A DNA stretch of 41,703 nucleotides from Acidobacteriota bacterium (lineage in GTDB: Bacteria; Acidobacteriota; Blastocatellia; HR10; J050): NCBI GenBank assembly GCA_003696865.1, contig RFHM01000075.1, positions 1 through 41,703 on the forward strand, written 5' to 3'. A program made the translations under genes and the position numbers. The notes beneath the pieces were generated by a model that saw only the letters and a list, made by a program, of their open reading frames with translations, was not told the DNA's origin and made no database searches. Below, piece after piece: positions 34,364 through 41,703 of this stretch (position 1 is the first letter of the stretch; each line of letters begins with the position of its first letter).

Positions 34364-35812
34364 TCAGTGACTATGCGACATTCCTCCCAGAGCGGCGCTC
34401 AGGCGACTTTCAGAATCGATCAAGAAATTGGCCGAAGTCACCACGCGCTCGCCCGGTTTGAGGCCTTCCAGGATCTGGTAGTGATCGTCGACTTTGAGCC
34501 CCAGCTTGACGTCGCGGGGTTCGAAGTATCCGTTCCCCCGATCGACGAAAACGAATTGGCGCATGCCGGTATCGATGACCGCTTCCTCGGAGACGACCAG
34601 CGACTTGCCCAGTGGGACGTCGATCTCCACATCGGCATACATATCGGGGCGAAGCTTCAGATCGGGATTGGGGAATTCCATACGTACCTTCAACGTCCGC
34701 GTCTTGCCTTCCAGATAGGGATAGACGTACACGATCTTCCCTCGGAACGTCTCGCCGGGAAAGTAAGCCAGTTTCATGGTCGCCGGTTGACCTTCCTTGA
34801 TGAGCGGCATCTCGTACTCATAGATGTCGGCGTAGACCCAGATGGTAGAGAGATCGGCGATCTCATAGACGTTGGTGTCCGCCGTGATGCGCATCTGTTC
34901 GTAGGCATTCCGCTTGAGCACCACGCCATCGACCGGCGCGTAGAGGGTGAGCGTCTTTTGCACCTCTCCGGTGCGCGCCAGCCGCTCGATCTGCTCATCG
35001 GTGATATCCCAGAGTTCCAATCTCCGACGCGTAGAAGCCAGCAGGCTCTCTGCCCCTCGCGCGACTTCCTCGAAGCGACTCTCCACCAACTGCCCTCGCG
35101 CCTTCAGAGCGAGCAGGAATTCTTCCTGAGTGGCGACGAGTTCCGGACTGTAGATGGTGAACAGCGGTTGTCCTTTCTTGACAATTTGCCCCACGTAATC
35201 GACGTACACTTTCTCGATCCATCCCGGAATCTTGGTGTGGACGCGAGCGATGCGCGTCTCGTCGTAATCGATGCGCCCCACCGTGCGGATCGTTTTCTTG
35301 AGGGACACGATTTTCGCTTCCTCGGTCCTCACGCCGATCATCTGCTGCTTCTCTGTGCTCAGCCTGATCGTGCCAGGGGCCATATCTTTCATAGCCTCCA
35401 TTTCATCGGCGTATTTGGGGACGAGTTTCATGCCGCAGTCGGGGGCGATGCCCGGTTTGTCCGAGGTGTACGACGGGTGCATGGGATCGTACCAGTAGAG
35501 AATTTTGCGCTCGGCAGGCTCCGAGTGCTGGGCGTCCTCGGTCGACTGGCGCCCCCATCCTCCCCTCAGCCAGGAGGGGACGATATCCGGGACGGCGATG
35601 CTGGCCGCTCCCAGGACCACCACGAGGGCGGTCAAGCCGAAGACGACGCGTCGCGTCCTCGTGCGCCCGGATGGGCGAGGGGCATCGATCCCGATCGACT
35701 CTTGGCCGGTCGGCTGTTGGAATTGAGACGACGAGGTCTCATCGACGGTCGCTCGGAGAACGTCCAAAACATCTTCCTGGTTCTCGGGATTTCGTGTCGG
35801 TTTCTCCGTCAT
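34364..35812 (-). CDS. cusB: Efflux RND periplasmic adaptor (CusB-like membrane fusion protein)
   Basis: N-terminal YWYDPMHPSYTSDKPGIAPDCGMKLVP (heavy-metal-associated adaptor N-terminal motif). Lipoyl/beta-barrel MFP motifs (AKIVSLKKTIRTVGRIDYDE, LFTIYSPELV, TLYAPVDGVVL). Lies immediately upstream of cusA. Confidence 0.85.
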   Translation of the reverse strand: MTEKPTRNPENQEDVLDVLRATVDETSSSQFQQPTGQESIGIDAPRPSGRTRTRRVVFGLTALVVVLGAASIAVPDIVPSWLRGGWGRQSTEDAQHSEPAERKILYWYDPMHPSYTSDKPGIAPDCGMKLVPKYADEMEAMKDMAPGTIRLSTEKQQMIGVRTEEAKIVSLKKTIRTVGRIDYDETRIARVHTKIPGWIEKVYVDYVGQIVKKGQPLFTIYSPELVATQEEFLLALKARGQLVESRFEEVARGAESLLASTRRRLELWDITDEQIERLARTGEVQKTLTLYAPVDGVVLKRNAYEQMRITADTNVYEIADLSTIWVYADIYEYEMPLIKEGQPATMKLAYFPGETFRGKIVYVYPYLEGKTRTLKVRMEFPNPDLKLRPDMYADVEIDVPLGKSLVVSEEAVIDTGMRQFVFVDRGNGYFEPRDVKLGLKVDDHYQILEGLKPGERVVTSANFLIDSESRLSAALGGMSHSH

Positions 35813-35838
35813 CCTTCCATCCTCCTGGACGTCATGAG

Positions 35839-37302
35839 CTATCTGGTCAGCTCGATGCCCACAAATGGCTCGAGCTCGGCGAGCGCTTTCTGATACTCGG
35901 CCAATGATTCGTAATACTTCAACTCGTAATCGAGCAGCGTGATGAGGTTGTTCAGCAAGGTGAGGAAATCCACCTTCCCCACCTGATAAGCGGCCACTGA
36001 TGACTCCAGGGCCAATGTGGCTTGAGGCACGATGGCCGTTCCGTATAACTCGACGAGTCGCGCTGCCGTCGTCGCCGCCAGATATCGATCTTTCAACTGA
36101 AAGTAGAGAAGAGCCGTCAGTTGATCGTAGCGCTTTCGCGCGCTGGCCAACTCGGAGGCGGCACTGTGCAAGGCTGGACGCTGCTTGCGCCAGAAATAGA
36201 GAGGCACTTTGGCCTTGAACATGAGCTCGTACATCTCTGGCATGGGCGTCCGGTTGAAGTAGCGAAACCCGACTTCGAAATCGGGGTAGAAATTCTTCTT
36301 GGCCAGTTGAACGGCATATTCGTGACGGTCGATCTCTCGCTGTTGACGTTTGAGAAGGGGGAATCGAGTGAGGGCCATCCGGTAGAGCTGATCCATGGAG
36401 TAGCGAAACTCCGCTTGCCGGATCTCGGCCGGGCGCCCCAGTGGGGCCTCCGGCGGTCGGTACAGCAAACTGTTCAACTGGGCCACCAGCGCATCTCGCC
36501 GCTCCTCCAGAACGGTCAGTCGATCCAAGAGCCGGGAGATCTCCACCTGGGCTTTCAAGACGTCTTGCTGAATGCCCTCGCCGACCTGATACTTGGCCTC
36601 GGCAATGCGCTCGAACTTCTCCAGCAAGTCCTTATCTTTTTTCACGATGTCGATGGCTTTGGTGACGTAGTAGAGCTGATAGTACGTCGTCTTGACCTGA
36701 GCGATCACCTCTCGTCGCACTTGCTCGTATTGCCATCGCTCGGCGTCGGCGGCCATGGCGGCCATTTTCCCTTTGAGCGCCAGCTTGCCGGGGAAGGGGA
36801 TGGGTTGGGTGATGCTGATCGTCCGCGCGCTGCTCGGATCGCCCGACTGGAGCGTGGGCGGGATCAGATTCCCCATGGTCTGGAATCCGATGACGGGATC
36901 GGGCAGCGTGCGGGCGGGTTGAATCTGGAACCGTTTGGCATCGACCATCCGCCGTGCCGCCTGAATCTGCGGGTTGTTGGCCAATGCCTCTCGAATGAGC
37001 TCATCCAGAGAGACCACGGGCTCGGCCTGACTCGCTGCCCGGATGGCCACCTGTCGGACCAGTTGCGTCGTCTCCATCCGATTGGACGGAGTCGAGCCCG
37101 GCCGGCCTCCGTCCGTTGGTCCGGGAAGTTCCGGCGAGCCGGATTCGCCGGAGGCGAGCGATGGGGCCGTCTCCGGATGCGGTCGCCGATCGGCTTGCGG
37201 AGTGGCCCGCAGCGGGATCGAGCTGGCGAGCAACAACAGAAGGGAGGCGGGGATCAGAAGCGCTTTCTTTCCACCGGTCACCGATTGAGCGTGTTTCACC
37301 AT
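35839..37302 (-). CDS. TolC-family outer membrane factor of the Cus-type pump
   Basis: Two OEP repeats (LDELIREALANNPQIQAARR..., YPDFEVGFRY...). Signal peptide without a lipobox Cys, so it is TolC-like rather than a NodT-lipoprotein CusC. The gap to cusB is 26 nt. Confidence 0.8.
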   Translation of the reverse strand: MVKHAQSVTGGKKALLIPASLLLLLASSIPLRATPQADRRPHPETAPSLASGESGSPELPGPTDGGRPGSTPSNRMETTQLVRQVAIRAASQAEPVVSLDELIREALANNPQIQAARRMVDAKRFQIQPARTLPDPVIGFQTMGNLIPPTLQSGDPSSARTISITQPIPFPGKLALKGKMAAMAADAERWQYEQVRREVIAQVKTTYYQLYYVTKAIDIVKKDKDLLEKFERIAEAKYQVGEGIQQDVLKAQVEISRLLDRLTVLEERRDALVAQLNSLLYRPPEAPLGRPAEIRQAEFRYSMDQLYRMALTRFPLLKRQQREIDRHEYAVQLAKKNFYPDFEVGFRYFNRTPMPEMYELMFKAKVPLYFWRKQRPALHSAASELASARKRYDQLTALLYFQLKDRYLAATTAARLVELYGTAIVPQATLALESSVAAYQVGKVDFLTLLNNLITLLDYELKYYESLAEYQKALAELEPFVGIELTR

Positions 37303-37416
37303 ACCTCCTCACATCAACGGCGTTATCGAACCATCCAGTTGAAGCAAACCGGATGCCATTGATGGCGCGGACTCCATCATGACCATCCTTGAAGGCGTCA
37401 ATCTCTTCACGATGAA

Positions 37417-37443
37417 GGGATTAGCTCTATAAACGGGATTAGC
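37417..37443. repeat. Direct repeat GGGATTAGC-N9-GGGATTAGC upstream of the OMF/cusBA operon
   Basis: Perfect 9-mers at 37417-37425 and 37435-37443, 115-140 nt upstream of the start at 37302. The spacer contains TATAAA. Confidence 0.4.
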
Positions 37444-37602
37444 CGACCGGCGCGATCGAGCGGCCTCCTCCGGAGAGTACTGCTTGAAATAAAACAGCCG
37501 CTGTCATGTTTTCGCACACTCTCCTCACAGGACAATCGGGTAGGGTTCACTCTGGAACAGGATCACCGTCGGCGGAGTCATCCGTGGGGAGATCGAGGCC
37601 CT

Positions 37603-39114
37603 TTATCGAATTTGCAGTTGCTGGAGCACTTCCGGATTCTCTTCTTCCCAAGCCAGAATGGTATGACAGAGGTCACAATCCTGGCGAATGGTTCGTCCAT
37701 CATCACTCACGTGCTCATCATCGTGACAGCGGAAACATCCGGAAAAACGCTGATGGCCAATGTTATTGGGATAAGTGCCCCAAGTGACGTTCATGGAAGG
37801 GAAGACATTCCGGCGGTAGATCGCCTGCATTTCGCCAATGGCCGCTTCGATCGTCTGGCGACGGGCGATGTAGACGTCGGGGTAATTCTGCTGATAATAG
37901 GTGCGCACCTGCCGGGCGATGTGTTCCAACGCCTCCGACTTCGGGCCGGTAGCCTGCTGGAGGGCCTGGACGCCGACTTTCTTGATGTACGGCAGCGTGG
38001 GGTCGATCCGTCCGGCAGCCATCGCTTCGTCCATGGCTTCGTCGGGGAGCTGGTAGATATGCGTGGGGCGATTATGACAATCGATGCAATCCATCACCCG
38101 TTTCTCAGCGGTGGCCATTTGCTCGGGCGTGAGCGTGCCGTCTTTGGTGGCGAATTCGGTCACCGTGCCATCGGCGTTTTTCACCTGCACCCAGGGGATG
38201 ACCTGTCGTTGTGGATCAGCGGCAATGTACATGGTCTGTTTGTGAGGATCGATATGCCAGCTATGAATGCCACCTCGACCCTGATTGCCGCCGCCGATGT
38301 GCATGACCAGAACCGTCTTCAATGGCGTATTGGCCTCGTCCTGGGAGAATCGCGTGATCACTTTGATGCGGTCACCGGTGAACTTTTCCGGCCAGTGGCA
38401 CTGTTCGCAGGTGTCTCGGGAAGGGCGCAAGTTCCGGACCGGCGTGGGAATGGGACGATCATAGGTTCCAAACGTCACGGCCAGAACCTGCCCGACGCCC
38501 GATAATTTCGATCGAACGAACCAGGGGGCTCCGGGACCGATATGGCACTCCACGCACTTGACGCGGGCATGGGGAGAACGCAGATAGGCGGTGTATTCCG
38601 GCTCCATCACCGTGTGGCACACCGTCCCACAAAACGCGACCGAGTCCATGAAGACCACCCCCTGGTAACTGACCAGCGAGAGGATAAAGATGTTGGCTGC
38701 CGTGAGCGTGGCGATGATGCCCGCCATGCGGCGTACCTGAGGTTGGTTGAAGTCGATCTGCGGATAGGGGAGCGGATTGCGAGAACGTCCTTGGTGGCCG
38801 GACTGAACGGCTCGCTTGCGCTCCCAGTATACGCCCAGAGGGATCAGGATGAGCCCGAGGATGAAAAATCCCGGAAGCACGAGGAAAGCCATGATGCCCA
38901 CATATGGCGTGTCATAAAGGCGAAGAGCTCCCAGTATCGCCAAGGCGAGAATGAGCAGCGCGCTGGTGGTGGTGAGGATGGCCCCCAGGGCCGTGATGGT
39001 GTTCCGCCCGAAAAGTCTGATGAACGTCCACAACCACTCGTTTTGCCACCGCCGCTTCAACGTGTCCATGGCGGGAAATTGTATCGCTGGTCCCATTTTT
39101 TTGTCCATTCTCAT
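37603..39114 (-). CDS. Membrane-anchored multihaem c-type cytochrome with a NapC/NirT-like N-terminal module
   Basis: Three N-terminal TM segments. Haem motifs are CGTVCH, CVECH, CEQCH, CIDCH, CFRCH and CDLCH. FCGTVCHTVMEPEYTAYLRSPHARVKCVECHIGPG resembles the NapC/NirT quinol-dehydrogenase core. Confidence 0.8.
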   Translation of the reverse strand: MRMDKKMGPAIQFPAMDTLKRRWQNEWLWTFIRLFGRNTITALGAILTTTSALLILALAILGALRLYDTPYVGIMAFLVLPGFFILGLILIPLGVYWERKRAVQSGHQGRSRNPLPYPQIDFNQPQVRRMAGIIATLTAANIFILSLVSYQGVVFMDSVAFCGTVCHTVMEPEYTAYLRSPHARVKCVECHIGPGAPWFVRSKLSGVGQVLAVTFGTYDRPIPTPVRNLRPSRDTCEQCHWPEKFTGDRIKVITRFSQDEANTPLKTVLVMHIGGGNQGRGGIHSWHIDPHKQTMYIAADPQRQVIPWVQVKNADGTVTEFATKDGTLTPEQMATAEKRVMDCIDCHNRPTHIYQLPDEAMDEAMAAGRIDPTLPYIKKVGVQALQQATGPKSEALEHIARQVRTYYQQNYPDVYIARRQTIEAAIGEMQAIYRRNVFPSMNVTWGTYPNNIGHQRFSGCFRCHDDEHVSDDGRTIRQDCDLCHTILAWEEENPEVLQQLQIR

Positions 39115-39564
39115 CTCACCCAGGAGAATTCCTCACGCCACCCCGAGAAGTGCTCCTCCCCATTCACAACCGTTCCTGCGCCCGCCGTCTGGCCGGTCGC
39201 CAGTCGCCGTTATCCAAAGGACGCGGCGAGCGGCCACCGAGGCCCGTTCGCCACTCTCGGCGGCGAGCGGTTCGCTCCTACCTGATCGCGCTCGTTCCTC
39301 TCACCGAACTTTGAAGGTAACCTGCTAAGCAAACCTCATACCAGATTCGGCCAAAGGATGGGTAGCCATCCCAACTTCCCCAGTTGGCGAGACTTCCTCG
39401 CTCCATCGGAACTCGACGGAGGCAGAGGGGAGAGCCGCGTCGGGTGAATTGGCCCATCCCGGTGGGCGATTTGCCCCGCTCGTCAGCCTGATCAGCATTG
39501 AGGGGAGGAAGGCAAGGTGTTCGGAATCAGGTGATTAGCCAGCGCGCCCGAAGAAGCAATTTCT

Positions 39565-39580
39565 TGGCACAGTGTTTGCA
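39565..39580 (+). promoter_or_regulatory. Sigma-54 (-24/-12) promoter consensus, TGGCAC-N5-TTGCA
   Basis: ttTGGCACagtgtTTGCAt has GG and GC exactly 12 nt apart as in YTGGCACG-N4-TTGCW. It points towards the ATG at 39632, which is preceded by GGGAGGATATGAAA. Confidence 0.55.
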
Positions 39581-39779
39581 TCATAGATGTTATGAAGTCG
39601 TGGGTTACGGGCTCAGGGCTTCAGGGAGGATATGAAAATGACGGCCAAGGAAGGACCACGTTGGACATCGCCACAAAGAGCGGGGGCTACCGATGAGATC
39701 GTCCTCGAGGGAGGCGAAAGAGTTTCCCGGTGTGGGAGATGGGCGGCCGTGGTGGAGCAGGAGCGGGCGAGCGAGATTG

Positions 39780-40222
39780 ATGATCGGAGGCGAGATGGGG
39801 GTCCCGCTCTTCCCGTGGTCCTCGTTGGCCATGGAGATCTTCCTGACGGGTTGCCTCAGCCAGGAGCGCTCAGCCAGGAGTGCTCACTGGTTGGCTTCGA
39901 CATGCGCCAGGGTCATCATGTCTCCTGGTCTCCTGCGTCCCAGTCAGCGCAGGAGGGCACAACCGGATACCACGTCACCATTTCGACCCACCCCGTCGGT
40001 CCGTCGCTGACCCCTCACCCTACGGTTCTTATCAACCGGCCCTCGCTACATCAATATGAACCGCAGGTCCACGGCGGCGGACTGATTATCTACGACTCCT
40101 CCCTGATTGACACGACGCCGACCCGTGGTGATGTGGAGACCATGGCGATTCCGGCCCCGGACATCGCCGATGGACGAGGTTGGGCCCAAGCCGCGAACAT
40201 GGTGGCCCTGGCGCTCTCCTGA
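39780..40222 (+). pseudogene. Decayed 2-oxoacid:ferredoxin oxidoreductase gamma-subunit (KorC/PorG-like) gene
   Basis: GHHVSWSPASQSAQEGTTGYHVTISTHPVGPSLTPHPTVLINRPSLHQYEPQVHGGGLIIYDSSLI..PTRGDVETMAIPAPDIA...AANMVAL is collinear with GKxVSWxPSYGPEMRGGTAxxxVxIS...PDxxIxxNxPSLxKFExxVKPGGxLIxNSSLI..R.D..V..IPAxEIA...NMVMLG, but the YGPEMRGG motif is destroyed. The N-terminal MIGGEMGV..LAMEIFLTG part is in another frame. The gene ends early. Confidence 0.5.
39855..39882 (+). repeat. 14-nt tandem duplication (ctcagccaggagcg / ctcagccaggagtg) causing the frameshift in the KorC-like pseudogene
   Basis: 13 of 14 positions are identical and the copies are directly adjacent. Deleting one copy joins the 39693 frame (..IGGEMGV..LAMEIFLTGCLSQE) to the 39632 frame (CSLVGFDMRQGHHVSW..). 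Confidence 0.7.
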
Positions 40223-40320
40223 GGAGTCCTCTCGCGCGCTCGGTCTCTGCAGAGTGTCGATTGGAGGCTCCCCGAGGCGTCAGTGTGGTGGTCGGTGACC
40301 ATGACTTGGAACAGTCTGGA

Positions 40321-40527
40321 TCGTCTCCTTCGAAAATAGACGACGGACGACCGACGACGGGCGACCGACGCGCTCTTTTCATCCCTGCGATGTGGCTCGA
40401 GCGCGCCATGAGGGACTCCTTCGGAAATCACCGCAAAGGCGCAGAGAACGCAAAGATCCCCCAATAGGCTCTTTTCATCCCTGCGATGTGGCTCGAGCGC
40501 GCCATGAACGACTCCCTTGAAATCCCA
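40321..40527. repeat. Copy C of the dispersed intergenic mosaic repeat (two core modules, 96-nt period)
   Basis: The core ctcttttcatccctgcgatgtggctcgagcgcgccatga..gactcc.t starts at 40373 and 40469. The modules are separated by ggaaatcaccgcaaaggcgcagagaacgcaaagatcccccaatagg and preceded by tcgaaaatagacgacggacgaccgacgacgggcgaccgacgcg. Confidence 0.85.
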
Positions 40528-40719
40528 TCCATGATGTGAGCGTGAACGGTGGCCGCCGGTGGACGGGCCCGTGATGGGACTATTTCGCCCTCGCCCGGCG
40601 AGCCTCATCGCGAGGTTCTGTCCCATCCGACGATGCTCCAATCTGGGTTCTGAACATCATCCCCCGATCGCTCGGCGTCAGCCGAGGCTCAAGTTGTGGA
40701 AGAACGTCGGAAAAGGTCA

Positions 40720-40748
40720 TTGCCGAACCTTTTTCCCATTCGTATAAT
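40720..40748 (+). promoter_or_regulatory. Sigma-70-like promoter candidate TTGCCG-N17-TATAAT for the amidohydrolase gene
   Basis: TATAAT at 40743-40748 and TTGCCG at 40720-40725, about 75 nt upstream of the ATG cluster at 40822. Confidence 0.4.
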
Positions 40749-40821
40749 GAGTGTGAGACGGAGGACATCGAGGCAGCGGCCGGAGAGCCCACCGAGATGC
40801 CACGACGAGATGGAATGAGGA

Positions 40822-41703
40822 ATGATGATGACGCGACAGAACACGCTACTGTTGACCCTCACACTGATGGTATCCGTTTGGTTGACGGTGCCCGCATTGG
40901 AAATGGGAGGCAACGGCGATCCGGCCAATGGGTCGGGAGAGACTCCCTCCGAAGCTGACCTCGCCGAATTGGAGCCCACATTGGCCATCGTGGGCGGTTG
41001 GTTGATCGATGGCACGGGGCATGTGCCCTACGATGATGCCGTGGTTTTGATCGCCGGCGATAAGATCAAGGCCGTCGGTCGTCGGGGTCGCATCGCCATC
41101 CCCCCCGGGGTGGACATCATCGACGCTCAAGGGAAAACCATTCTCCCCGGCATCATCGATGCCCACAATCATCTGGAAGGATTGGGGCTCGGCGAAGACG
41201 ATCGCGAATTCACCAATACGCCGGAGAAATTGAAGAGAGCCATTCTGCAGAATGCCCGGTTGGATCTTCTCTCCGGCGTGACCACGATTCGAGAGATGGG
41301 GTCGAGCGAGATGGTTCTGGCGCTTCGCGAGCAGATCGAAGCCGTCGGTCCGCGACTGTTCGCCGCCGGGCCGCAGTTGGTGAAGAGAGATCCTCAGGCT
41401 CCCCTCTTCCCCAATCTGCTGGAATTCGATGGCCCCCGGGACGCGCGCCGCAAAGTCCGCGACCTCATCGCCAAGGGCGTTGATTTCATCAAAGTGCGAC
41501 TGACGGCGCGGCGCCCATTGCCCACGTTGCGAGAGATGCGGGCCATCATCGAAGAGGCCCATGACGCCGGCTTGAAGGTCGCTGCTCACACCGATGTCCC
41601 TTACGAAGAAGCGGTTCGCCTGGCCATCGAAGCGGGCGTCGATGCGCTAGAGCACAGCGCCGTATTGCGGGTGGGCGATGATCTCTTACTGCGAGAGATG
41701 GTG
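40822..41703 (+). CDS. Secreted metal-dependent amidohydrolase family protein (3' end outside the window)
   Basis: It has no stop in the window, so it is absent from the ORF track. MMMTRQNTLLLTLTLMVSVWLTVPA signal, then LAIVGGWLIDGTG...VVLIAGDKIKAVG...DAQGKTILPGIIDAHNHL (HxH metal motif), ...AHDAGLKVAAHT. Any of the three ATGs (40822, 40825, 40828) could be the start. Confidence 0.8.
   Translation, partial: MMMTRQNTLLLTLTLMVSVWLTVPALEMGGNGDPANGSGETPSEADLAELEPTLAIVGGWLIDGTGHVPYDDAVVLIAGDKIKAVGRRGRIAIPPGVDIIDAQGKTILPGIIDAHNHLEGLGLGEDDREFTNTPEKLKRAILQNARLDLLSGVTTIREMGSSEMVLALREQIEAVGPRLFAAGPQLVKRDPQAPLFPNLLEFDGPRDARRKVRDLIAKGVDFIKVRLTARRPLPTLREMRAIIEEAHDAGLKVAAHTDVPYEEAVRLAIEAGVDALEHSAVLRVGDDLLLREMV

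Noticed and set aside
31816-37362. Long plus-strand ORFs (31816-33681, 34115-35893, 36121-37362; 413-621 aa)
   Set aside because: All are antisense to cusA, cusB and the TolC-like gene, whose products match well-known families end to end. The antisense translations are low-complexity (D/G/H/R-rich).
39632-40222. 196-aa ORF taken as an intact gene behind the sigma-54 promoter
   Set aside because: Its first 60 or so residues look non-coding (Arg/Gly/Glu-rich). The homologous N-terminal part of the KorC-like domain is in another frame, conserved motifs are eroded, and the 3' end is missing. I therefore treat it as a pseudogene, although expression of a remnant cannot be excluded.
40846-41589. 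247-aa minus-strand ORF, the only track ORF covering the window end
   Set aside because: The plus strand encodes an obvious amidohydrolase (signal peptide, DAHNHL metal motif). It is missing from the track only because it has no stop codon within the window.

Overview
41.7-kb window of high-GC (roughly 57-62% by hand count) bacterial chromosome, densely coding, with about 30 CDS. Product calls rest on motifs I recognise in the supplied translations; no database search was run. The VWFA-related Acidobacterial-type protein, the CadC-like wHTH-TPR regulator and many secreted beta-propeller proteins suggest an Acidobacteriota-like organism (inference). Left to right: (1) an ECF sigma / RsrA-like zinc anti-sigma pair, divergent from a CydA-like membrane protein fused to a c-type haem domain, its membrane partner and a tandem USP. 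(2) A radical SAM gene and an orphan eRF1-domain-3-like gene. (3) A run of secreted glycan-active or adhesin-like proteins: TolB-propeller-GH114 fusion, heparinase II/III-like lyase, BNR/Asp-box propeller, CARDB protein. (4) A minus-strand operon (22080 to 17168) encoding a small Zn-ribbon/HTH protein, a tail-fibre-like protein, an S1 protease and a lower-GC secreted protein. The last two share a 53-aa C-terminal module, and the operon is divergent from a CadC-like wHTH-TM-TPR regulator. (5) A TrmO-like gene. (6) An operon of lytic transglycosylase, tandem-repeat secreted protein, HAMP pseudo-kinase and VWA protein. (7) A long co-directional metal/redox island: multihaem cytochrome, TolC-like OMF, cusB, cusA, monohaem cytochrome c, a PCYCGC/CYCXC-family gene and a small Cys-rich periplasmic protein. 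(8) A decayed 2-oxoacid:ferredoxin oxidoreductase gamma-subunit pseudogene behind a consensus sigma-54 promoter. (9) A partial amidohydrolase. The best leads are: the in-frame UGA with a SECIS-like hairpin in the CYCXC gene, missed by the ORF track; the tail-fibre/protease operon with its shared C-terminal module and phased direct repeats in the divergent promoter; a second, pseudogenised copy of that regulator 5' region at about 12.95-13.10 kb; and a dispersed mosaic intergenic repeat at three loci. I recognised no rRNA, tRNA, CRISPR array, transposase or integrase.
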